A DNA stretch of 32,000 bases. It comes from an uncultured Planctomycetia bacterium. Its GTDB lineage: Bacteria > Omnitrophota > Gorgyraeia > Duberdicusellales > 4484-171. Below are positions 24,660 to 32,000 of this stretch, piece by piece (the first letter of the stretch is position 1; each line of letters starts with the position of its first letter). The stretch is from assembly GCA_964536865.1 (NCBI GenBank), contig CAZHYN010000015.1, positions 10,428 to 42,427 of the forward strand, given 5' to 3'. The notes beneath the pieces are model-generated. The model was not told the origin of the DNA. It saw only the letters and a list, made by a program, of their open reading frames with translations, and did not search any database. A program made the translations under genes and the position numbers.

Positions 24660-25727
24660 ATGCTTAAGATATTAAGGTTTATTAATAAAATAGGATATAA
24701 AGATAACTTTTATCGATTGCTGTCTACTTCTATAGATAATTTTTTGGTGTACAAAATGTTGAGAAAACCTAAACGAGGTCCTTTATATGTTACTTGGGAC
24801 ATAGTGAAGAATTGCAACGTTAAATGTTTATATTGTGACTACTGGAAATCAAAGAATTTTGGTTTAGCTTTAGAGGATAAACTTCGTATAATTAAAGAGA
24901 TGGGAAGATATGGTATTTGGATGTTAAGTTTCTGTGGTGGTGATCCACTACTAGATAAGGATTTACCACTTCTTATAAAATCTGCCAAAGCAAATGGAAT
25001 GCTTGTTAATGTATCTACCAATGGTTTACTACTTAAGGAAATGCATTCTTCTTTGATTGAGTCTAATTTGGATTCTATAATTATAAGTGTAGAGAGCCAT
25101 AAAGATGAAGTTCACGATGCAATTCGCAATCACCCGGGATTATTAAGAAAAATAAAAGAAGGTATAGAGATCTTAAAGAGAAAGAGAAAGGATAACAAGC
25201 CATATATTAGTATAAGAATGTTAATAAATCGACAAAATTATAAGATGATGCGTGAATACGTAAATTATTGGCGTGATAAAGTTGATAATATATTATTCAA
25301 ACCCTTAACTGAAAATAAGAAGATATTTTATACTATTCCTGAACATATGAAATTGTTGAATGAGGACAAAGAGATATTTGAAAATATTTACTCAAGTCTT
25401 TTTAGAGAAAATCCAGATTTAGATAATATTTATCATCGAGAAATACCTAATTATATATTCGATCATAAAAGTTTACATGATAAATACCGATGTTTTGCTG
25501 GAATATTTTTTGCTGATATCGATATAGAAGGACATTTGTATATCTGTGGAGAGCATAGAGTTATGCTAGGAGATTTAAAAAAACAGAGTTTTTCACAGAT
25601 ATGGAGTTCAGATTTTTCTCAAGACATTCGCAGGAGATTAAAGATATATAAAATAAAATGTTTTTGTTGTGCCGATCTTTTTTTAATAAACATATATCTT
25701 ACTAAAGTTGTAGGAGGCCCCAATTAA
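24660..25727 (+). CDS. radical SAM protein, SPASM/twitch-like (group B)
   Basis: Diagnostic segments are KNCNVKCLYC, FCGGDPLLDKD, SVESHKDEVHDAIRNHPG, CFAGIFFADIDIEGHLYIC (Cx12Gx4C) and CFCC. Confidence 0.8.
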   Translation: MLKILRFINKIGYKDNFYRLLSTSIDNFLVYKMLRKPKRGPLYVTWDIVKNCNVKCLYCDYWKSKNFGLALEDKLRIIKEMGRYGIWMLSFCGGDPLLDKDLPLLIKSAKANGMLVNVSTNGLLLKEMHSSLIESNLDSIIISVESHKDEVHDAIRNHPGLLRKIKEGIEILKRKRKDNKPYISIRMLINRQNYKMMREYVNYWRDKVDNILFKPLTENKKIFYTIPEHMKLLNEDKEIFENIYSSLFRENPDLDNIYHREIPNYIFDHKSLHDKYRCFAGIFFADIDIEGHLYICGEHRVMLGDLKKQSFSQIWSSDFSQDIRRRLKIYKIKCFCCADLFLINIYLTKVVGGPN

Positions 25728-25729
25728 TT

Positions 25730-26932
25730 ATGATTTGCCGTCGCAGGCCAAGGATCTATAAAGGTATCTGGAGAGACGTACTGAATGGAGTATTATTCTC
25801 TAAGTGTCCGCAAGATGAATATGTTAAAACTTTCGAAGAAAAAGTTGCTAAGTATGTGGGTGCTAAATATGCAATAGCCACTTGCACAGGTCGTAATGCC
25901 TTAGAGTTGCTTTTAATGGCTATGGATTTAAAGCAAGGAGATGAGGTAATCTTACCTGCCTATACTCTGAAGGATTTAATATTTCTAATAATTGGAATGG
26001 GATTGAAGCCGGTTTTGGTAGATATAGAACCAGACACCTTTAATATTGATCCTAAACTCATAGAGGAGAAAATTACAGAGAAAACGAGAGTTATTGTAGC
26101 TACCCATCTTTTTGGATTACCCTGTAATATGGATAGAATTTTAGAGATTGCTAAGAAAAATAACCTAAGAGTGATAGAAGATTGTGCGCATGCTTTTGGC
26201 GCCAAATATAAAGGTAAGATGGTAGGAGTCATAGGAGATGGAGGATTTTATAGTTTTCAGTTAATAAAGTTGTTAAATACCTTTGGTGGAGGCATGGTGG
26301 TTACTAATGATAAAAAAATTGCTACTTATGTAAGAGACGCAGTTTCCACATATCCTTCTCTATCTAAATGTAGTTTACTTCTAAAAATTTTATTGAGTTA
26401 TGTAGAATATTTTATAACCGGAAGTTCTTTGTTTATGTTGATTGCTCCCTTCTTCCGTTATAAGTTTACAACTAAGTTGATAAGTAGAATATATTTATCC
26501 TTTGGTAGTCACACTAGAATAGTGCATTTTAAGTTTTCAGATATTCAAGCACTTATTGGTCTAAAACAGCTGTCGTTTTTGAGGCGTAAAGATAGTGAGA
26601 GACTTTATAAGGCTGAGATATTAAAGAACCTATTGAAGGATGTGAAACTACAAAATACTTATGATAAAAATGTAGAAAGAGTAATGTATTACTTTGTGAT
26701 AAAGATAGAAAAGAAAGAAGATTTAGCCAAGATAAGAAAGAGATTATCAATTAAAGGTATAGACGCAGCAATCAAAGAAGAGATAACAGACGATTGTTCA
26801 CTTCTATTGGGTGGTAAATATCCCGTAGCAAATCAGATTTACAATACAGCTATTCAGATCCCCCTATATGAAGAATTAACTCTTAAACAGATAGAAGCTA
26901 TTGCTAATGCAGTTAATAAAATTTGTCGTTAA
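25730..26932 (+). CDS. DegT/DnrJ/EryC1/StrS family PLP-dependent aminotransferase-like protein (paralog 2)
   Basis: The sequence CTGRNALELLLMAMDLKQGDEVILPAYT...KPVLVDIEPDTFNID...VATHLFGLPCNMDRI...VIEDCAHAFGAKYKGKMVGVIGDGGFYSFQLIKLLNTFGGGMVVTND aligns along its length with the 12306 protein. Confidence 0.8.
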   Translation: MICRRRPRIYKGIWRDVLNGVLFSKCPQDEYVKTFEEKVAKYVGAKYAIATCTGRNALELLLMAMDLKQGDEVILPAYTLKDLIFLIIGMGLKPVLVDIEPDTFNIDPKLIEEKITEKTRVIVATHLFGLPCNMDRILEIAKKNNLRVIEDCAHAFGAKYKGKMVGVIGDGGFYSFQLIKLLNTFGGGMVVTNDKKIATYVRDAVSTYPSLSKCSLLLKILLSYVEYFITGSSLFMLIAPFFRYKFTTKLISRIYLSFGSHTRIVHFKFSDIQALIGLKQLSFLRRKDSERLYKAEILKNLLKDVKLQNTYDKNVERVMYYFVIKIEKKEDLAKIRKRLSIKGIDAAIKEEITDDCSLLLGGKYPVANQIYNTAIQIPLYEELTLKQIEAIANAVNKICR

Positions 26933-26954
26933 AGCTACATTTAGGTAGAAACGT

Positions 26955-29234
26955 GTGAGGATTAATTTAAACATAAGAAATAAATGTATAGCATTTTTAT
27001 TTTTTATATTCATTATTACTATTTTTTTCAGAGAGGCTATATTTGTCAAGTATTACTTTGGGAATATAAATCTATTTGGAATTTATTCGTCTTTGTATCC
27101 GGAATATTCCAATTTTATCAAAAAATATTCCTATATCCCTTTGTGGAATCCTCACCGTTTATGTGGATTTCCTGTGCCAGGAGAGCCTCTTGAATGGAGC
27201 TTACTTTCACCTTTTACGATATTAATGTACTTATTATACTATACCTTCCATCTACCCAATCCTATTTTAATAAATATTTATAAAATTTTTAGTTTTATGT
27301 TAATAGGTTGGTTTATTTTTCTCTATATGCGAGAAATCAATCTCTCTAGGTTGGCTGCCTTTATGAGTGGATTTATATTTATTAGTTTGCCCACACTACT
27401 TGACCAATGCGATCCGAATAGTTTAAATTCATATATTTGGTATGGATTAATCCTTTATTTAATTGAAAAGGGAATGAAGAAAAAAAGGATCAATTATATT
27501 TATATTATACTGGCAGCTGTATTCTATGGAATTCAGTTTCTAGGGGCAGATCCTAACTATTGCTATTATTTTTCTCTTTTTCTTTTATTTTATCTTTTTT
27601 TTAGACGACTGCCAAAGTTAGGAAAGGGCACTTTTAAAGTAGAAAAGGTTAGAGAATCTATCTTTATATACTTACTTATTTTTATCGTTGGAGTAGGTAT
27701 CGCTGCTGTACAGCTTATTCCTACCTATGAATTAGCAAAGCACTCTGCGTTAATTCAGTTTAGAAACTATCAAAATATTAATGAATGGGAAAATTTAGAC
27801 AAAGAACAATTACTATCTATAGTGAGATTAAATCCAGAGAAGATGGAGAATTATTGTGGAATTTTAATGATTATTTTTTTGGCATTTTCTTTATTCCATA
27901 AAAATAAATCTTATCTTAAAGTGTATTTTCCTATCATAGCTATTTTTATAACACTAGGTCTTGTTAGAAATTCAAGCCAACTTAAGTTACTCTGTATGTT
28001 TCTGCCATTATTTAGATATCTTGTTCATAACCATTTTATGGTCGTATTTTTTACTTTTTTTACATGTTGTTTTGCTGTTGGATTGGGATTTGAGGAATTC
28101 ATTAGGCAAAGTAAAATAAAGATTTTAATATTGGTTTTCATGTTATCTATATTGCTTTTAATAAATTGGAGACGGTTAAATATTTATTTTTATTTTACTT
28201 ATATTGGTTTGATATTTTTTTCTTTTGTTTTTTATGTATGGAGAAATAGAGAGACAAAATGTAAAAAAGTAATTATTCTGTCTTTCTTTTTATTCTGTCT
28301 TATTAGTAACTATTTGATGTGGCGTCCATTTTATTGGCAGCAATATATGAAGGGGGAATTACTAAGAGCTCTCTATCCTCAGAGATTTGATGAGGAATAT
28401 TCAAATATTTGGCCTTTAGAAAAGTTTTTGAGAGATAATGTTTATAATCGTATTGGAAATTATAGAATAGCCCACTGGGACGATTATGCAAATCGATCTC
28501 TTAAATTTTACTCTTTGGATGGTCGAAGTAATTTTATCCCAAAGCGTTATTTAGAATTTACCAAGGCGAGTTTCGATATTGATTTGACATCAGAAATGGG
28601 ATATCATGATTTTATTTATTATCCTAACTTAATTAAATTATTAAAGTGTAAATATGTAGTGCTAAATAAAAAAGAGGGTAAATGGTGCAACATTATAGGT
28701 GAATATTGGAAGGAAATATTTAGAAATGAGAGATATGCTGTATTCAAATTTGAAAAACCCCTTAAGCATTTTTTGTTTTTAACAGATTTCCTCGTGTTAC
28801 AGAATGATAGAAAGATATTAGAGTTATTAAAAGATAGTAACTTTGATCCTGAGAGAGTAGTTATTATTGAAAATAATCCCAAGATAAGAAATTTTTCTGT
28901 CTTCAGGCAGGAGGATTTGAAGTATGAAATTGAAACTTTAGAATATCTTCCTCAAAGAGTGAAACTTTTTCTACATACTAATATTCCTGGTTTCCTCCTT
29001 TTCTTAGATCCCTACTATCCTGGTTGGAAAGTGTATGTAGATGGTAAAAAGAATAAGATATACCGTGCAGATTTTCTCTTTCGAGCTGTTTATATTTCCA
29101 CTAGAGGAGAACATACTGTGGAATTTGTTTATTCTCCATTTTCTCTCAAAGTGGGAGCAGTTATCTCTTTTATTACACTAGTAGGAAGCATAGCAGGAAT
29201 GAAAATAGCGAAATTATCAAGTATCAGAAAATGA
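26955..29234 (+). CDS. YfhO-family GT-C membrane glycosyltransferase (paralog 3)
   Basis: The start is GTG. The 759-aa polytopic protein carries IQFLGADPNYCYY, AVQLIPTYELAKHSAL and KRYLEFTKA. The C-terminus reads PGFLLFLDPYYPGWKVYVDGKKNKIYRADFLFRAVYISTRGEHTVEFVYSPFSLKVG. The stop overlaps the next start (ATGA 29231-29234). Confidence 0.75.
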   Translation: MRINLNIRNKCIAFLFFIFIITIFFREAIFVKYYFGNINLFGIYSSLYPEYSNFIKKYSYIPLWNPHRLCGFPVPGEPLEWSLLSPFTILMYLLYYTFHLPNPILINIYKIFSFMLIGWFIFLYMREINLSRLAAFMSGFIFISLPTLLDQCDPNSLNSYIWYGLILYLIEKGMKKKRINYIYIILAAVFYGIQFLGADPNYCYYFSLFLLFYLFFRRLPKLGKGTFKVEKVRESIFIYLLIFIVGVGIAAVQLIPTYELAKHSALIQFRNYQNINEWENLDKEQLLSIVRLNPEKMENYCGILMIIFLAFSLFHKNKSYLKVYFPIIAIFITLGLVRNSSQLKLLCMFLPLFRYLVHNHFMVVFFTFFTCCFAVGLGFEEFIRQSKIKILILVFMLSILLLINWRRLNIYFYFTYIGLIFFSFVFYVWRNRETKCKKVIILSFFLFCLISNYLMWRPFYWQQYMKGELLRALYPQRFDEEYSNIWPLEKFLRDNVYNRIGNYRIAHWDDYANRSLKFYSLDGRSNFIPKRYLEFTKASFDIDLTSEMGYHDFIYYPNLIKLLKCKYVVLNKKEGKWCNIIGEYWKEIFRNERYAVFKFEKPLKHFLFLTDFLVLQNDRKILELLKDSNFDPERVVIIENNPKIRNFSVFRQEDLKYEIETLEYLPQRVKLFLHTNIPGFLLFLDPYYPGWKVYVDGKKNKIYRADFLFRAVYISTRGEHTVEFVYSPFSLKVGAVISFITLVGSIAGMKIAKLSSIRK

Positions 29235-30256
29235 TTAGAAAATTTGAATATTTTAATTTAAATTCAATTGTCAAAAAGAGAAAACTAATCTTTTTGAAAC
29301 AAGCATTTTGGGCATTTTTCCTTAAAAAAAGAATACCTCTAATGATAGGATGGAGTTTAACTTCTTCCTGCAACCTTAAATGTCCCTATTGTAGCTACTG
29401 GAGACAGCATCAAAAAAAGGAAATAGAAACTGAAAAAATTTTTTCCATAATCGATGAGATGTATCAAATAAATGTGAGAAGGATACGTTTTACAGGGGGA
29501 GAGCCTTTATTACGTACTGATTTACCTTACATTATCGAATATTGCAAAAAGAGAGGAATTCATGTTTCTATCGGTACTAATGGTACTTTGTTAAAAAGGA
29601 AATTTAATGATATTAAGCTTGTCGATATGATAACTATAAGTTTAGATGGTCCTCAAGAAGTACACGATGCTATAAGAGGTAAGGGAACTTATAAAAAGGT
29701 CATGGAGGGAATAGAGTTGTGTAAGAAGTACAATATAAAATTCCAAATAGATACAGTGATATCGAGTATGAATTTAAAGCATCTACATTTCATTTTGTCA
29801 ATGGCCAGAAATTTAAAGGTTTTTGTTTTCTTCCAACCGGTAACCTTAAATGAATTGGATGGTACCTTACCGAATCCCCTCGTTCCTAGAATAAATGAAC
29901 TTCGATGGGTAATGAAGGATTTGATAAAGGAGAAAATATCCAATAGATATATTGGTAACTCAATGGCCTGTTTAAAATATTACCTAAATTGGCCTCATGG
30001 AGAAATTATTTGTAACATCGACAGAGTTTTTGCCCGCTTGCAGGCCGATGGGCAACTATATACATGTTTTTATAGAAGGAAAAGTCACAGAAATTGTGTA
30101 GAAGATGGCTTTAAGAATGCTTTTAGGGTGTTAGATAGAGGACCATTTAAGTGTTCCCAATGTTGTTGGACAGCAAGGGTAGAATTGAATTTAGCACTTT
30201 CTGGAAACTTAGATGCAATATTAAATTTATTAAAAGTAAATTCTGGACAAATATAA
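29231..30256 (+). CDS. radical SAM protein with SPASM/twitch-like C-terminal Cys motifs (group A, member 3)
   Basis: Diagnostic segments are TSSCNLKCPYC, FTGGEPLLRTD, SLDGPQEVHDAIRGKGTY, and CSQCC followed by VELNLALSGNLDAILNLLK. Confidence 0.85.
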   Translation: MIRKFEYFNLNSIVKKRKLIFLKQAFWAFFLKKRIPLMIGWSLTSSCNLKCPYCSYWRQHQKKEIETEKIFSIIDEMYQINVRRIRFTGGEPLLRTDLPYIIEYCKKRGIHVSIGTNGTLLKRKFNDIKLVDMITISLDGPQEVHDAIRGKGTYKKVMEGIELCKKYNIKFQIDTVISSMNLKHLHFILSMARNLKVFVFFQPVTLNELDGTLPNPLVPRINELRWVMKDLIKEKISNRYIGNSMACLKYYLNWPHGEIICNIDRVFARLQADGQLYTCFYRRKSHRNCVEDGFKNAFRVLDRGPFKCSQCCWTARVELNLALSGNLDAILNLLKVNSGQI

Positions 30257-30259
30257 AAG

Positions 30260-32000
30260 ATGAGAAATTATAAAAGTTGTACCGTACCCTTGTTGTTTTT
30301 AACCTTATTTATTACATTTTTTTCTTTTATTTTTAATTATAAAAGTTTATACCTTGCAAGTTATATTTATACTACACGGTATCCAGTAATTTATTACTTT
30401 CTGAAGAATATTAAGACCTATCAATATTTTTCTTTATGGTGTCCTAATATCCTCTGCGGATATCCTCTGTTAGCAGATCCCTCATATGGATTTTTTAATC
30501 CACTTTTAATGTTTTTTAGCAAGATATTTTCTATACATTTTGTGCTTATTGCTATTTCAACCACTGCCTATCTTTTAGGAACTTTGTTTATTTTTCTATA
30601 TGCACGGAGGATAGGTTTGGATAAATTCTCATCTTTTGTATGTGGTATTGTATATATGTTTAGTGGATACATGTTAAACAATTTTTTTCTATGGACAAAT
30701 GATTTATTATCCATCGTTTTGTTGCCTTTGGTATTTCTTATTATAGAAGGGATTAAAAGAGATAATTTTATTAATAGATGTATTTTGCTAGCATTACTTT
30801 TAGGTATTCAGATGTTAGGAGGCGGATTTCAACTTTTTAGTTATGGATTATTACTGACATTATTTTACTTTTCTATCAAATTTTTCCAAATTTATAAATT
30901 AAATAACGTAAATTTTGCAAAATTTCTAGGAGCATTTTTTGCTATTTTCGTAATGGCTGTGCTTATAGCATCGATACAGATTTTTCCTTCTCTTGAGCTT
31001 TTTCTTATTTCCGGGCGTACAAAAATAGATTTTTATGGAGCTACCTCGAGTAATCCAAAATATTTATTTTCTCTGAAGGATATGATAGATTTTCTTTCTT
31101 TTTCAGGAAATGCTTACATAGGATCAATTCCGTTAACGATTTTTTTTGTAAGTCTACTTATTAAACCTTTCCTATTTAGAGAACGATTCTTCATCTTTAG
31201 CTTTTTTCTATTTTTATTTATCGCTCTTGGCGAAAAGAGCCCTTTCTATAAGATTTTATATTCTCTTTATGTACCTGGTTTTAGATTTTTTAGAGACCCT
31301 AAAAGGATTCTTTATATATGTCTTTTTAGCTATTCAATACTTGTCGGTACTGGCTTACGTAAGTTAATAATTCATCAGTTTAATGAAAAAAGGATTAATT
31401 ACTTTCTATTAATTATTTTTACCTTTTTTAGTTGTATTTATCTATATACAAATTTTTCTCTATTTAACTATATTAAACTGACTTCTTTATTTCTTGCCTT
31501 TTTAGTTATCTATTATTTTGTTAAGAGTAGGAAAATTTCTTATGTTAACTTTATGATAATACTAATTTTTCTCATAATGGGAGATCTTTATATAGCGCGA
31601 CCTAAGAAAGTTCCTTTTTATATTTGTCCAAAATATATAAATATAAATTTATTGGAATGTGTACCTTCATTTATTTCCGATGTACTTAAAAAGGATAAAG
31701 AGACTTTCTTTAGAATAAAATCAGTTCATACTAGCTTCCATAATACTAATTTTATTGGACCTGATATAGATAAAAAGTTAACACTTGAACGAATGGAAGA
31801 AACAATTTGGAATAAGAAGGTACTAAATAAGAATTTTTGCCTACTTTATTCTCTTTTTTCTTCTGGTGGCTATTCGCCACTTATTCTGAGTCGCTATTTG
31901 GAATTCACCAAAACTGATTTAGAAATTAATGGGTTAGAGACATATCCCTACACCACCTTCCTTATCTATCCCAATTACTTAAGATTAACTAATACTAAAT
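30260..32000 (+). CDS. YfhO-family GT-C membrane glycosyltransferase (paralog 4), 3' end outside window
   Basis: This ORF is not in the supplied track because no stop occurs before the window end. It is open from ATG 30260, 3 nt after the preceding stop. My translation gives MRNYKSCTVPLLFLTLF...SLWCPNILCGYPLLADPSYGFFNPL...IQMLGGGFQLFSYG...SIQIFPSLELFLISGR...SRYLEFTKTDLEINGLETYPYTTFLIYPNYLRL, colinear with the other three paralogs. Confidence 0.75.
   Translation, partial: MRNYKSCTVPLLFLTLFITFFSFIFNYKSLYLASYIYTTRYPVIYYFLKNIKTYQYFSLWCPNILCGYPLLADPSYGFFNPLLMFFSKIFSIHFVLIAISTTAYLLGTLFIFLYARRIGLDKFSSFVCGIVYMFSGYMLNNFFLWTNDLLSIVLLPLVFLIIEGIKRDNFINRCILLALLLGIQMLGGGFQLFSYGLLLTLFYFSIKFFQIYKLNNVNFAKFLGAFFAIFVMAVLIASIQIFPSLELFLISGRTKIDFYGATSSNPKYLFSLKDMIDFLSFSGNAYIGSIPLTIFFVSLLIKPFLFRERFFIFSFFLFLFIALGEKSPFYKILYSLYVPGFRFFRDPKRILYICLFSYSILVGTGLRKLIIHQFNEKRINYFLLIIFTFFSCIYLYTNFSLFNYIKLTSLFLAFLVIYYFVKSRKISYVNFMIILIFLIMGDLYIARPKKVPFYICPKYININLLECVPSFISDVLKKDKETFFRIKSVHTSFHNTNFIGPDIDKKLTLERMEETIWNKKVLNKNFCLLYSLFSSGGYSPLILSRYLEFTKTDLEINGLETYPYTTFLIYPNYLRLTNTK

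Noticed and set aside
6929-29943. Remaining short antisense or alternate-frame ORFs in the track (6929..7111, 11082..11282, 14376..14600, 21414..21632, 24839..25021, 25960..26232, 26553..26750, 26984..27193, 28303..28491, 28619..28882, 29689..29943)
   Set aside because: All are 60-90 aa and nested inside long ORFs that carry diagnostic family motifs in another frame or strand. None shows a recognisable domain or translation signals.
14389-32000. YfhO/rSAM paralogs as a recent duplication, assembly collapse artefact, or DGR-type template/variable repeat pair
   Set aside because: The paralogs are similar only at the protein-motif level. The DNA is heavily diverged throughout, with no near-identical stretches or adenine-specific mismatch pattern.
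1-32000. CRISPR arrays, tRNA/rRNA genes, riboswitches (for example cobalamin or SAM) and rho-independent terminators
   Set aside because: There are no regularly spaced direct repeats and no cloverleaf-like or rRNA-like segments. The intergenic gaps in the array are only a few nt long. The GC-rich hairpins that do exist lack trailing U-tracts.

Overview
The window is strongly AT-rich and bacterial. The B12-dependent and radical SAM content suggests an anaerobe, probably uncultivated. All coordinates and family calls come from reading the sequence and ORF translations by eye, with no searches run.

(1) 1-620 holds the 3' end of a class II aldolase gene.

(2) 620-5307 is a decayed accessory patch. 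It contains a PqqD-like gene with an in-frame TGA at the expected Trp, a truncated and frameshifted rve-type DDE transposase remnant (minus strand), a GT2 glycosyltransferase pseudogene, one intact GT9 glycosyltransferase, and a multiply frameshifted DUF362 gene. The DUF362 gene is followed by a ferredoxin-like ORF in which three expected Fe-S cysteines are tyrosines.

(3) 5339 to the window end is a single same-strand, tightly packed array of 18 genes with overlapping or abutting stops and starts. It encodes:
- 5 GT-C type membrane glycosyltransferases (1 ArnT/PMT_2-like, 4 YfhO-like paralogs, the last running off the window)
- 8 radical SAM enzymes (3 B12-binding class-B type, 5 with SPASM/twitch-like C-terminal Cys motifs)
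- 2 DegT-family aminotransferases
- 2 UPF0104 (LPG_synthase_TM, flippase-like) proteins
- 1 SDR epimerase/dehydratase

The gene order shows an ancient tandem duplication of a roughly 9-10 kb module (B12-rSAM, DegT, YfhO, rSAM, YfhO). The array reads like an Arn/Gtr-type lipid-linked sugar modification pathway heavily elaborated with radical chemistry. I do not recognise it as any characterised system.

(4) An IS110-family element (about 8400-9830) sits in one intergenic gap of the array. Its 5' leader is highly structured and is a candidate bridge RNA region. A 30-nt GC-rich double hairpin lies just before the transposase ATG, and a second, covarying copy is inserted in the 3' end of the transposase gene, where it causes a frameshift.

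No rRNA, tRNA or CRISPR array was seen.
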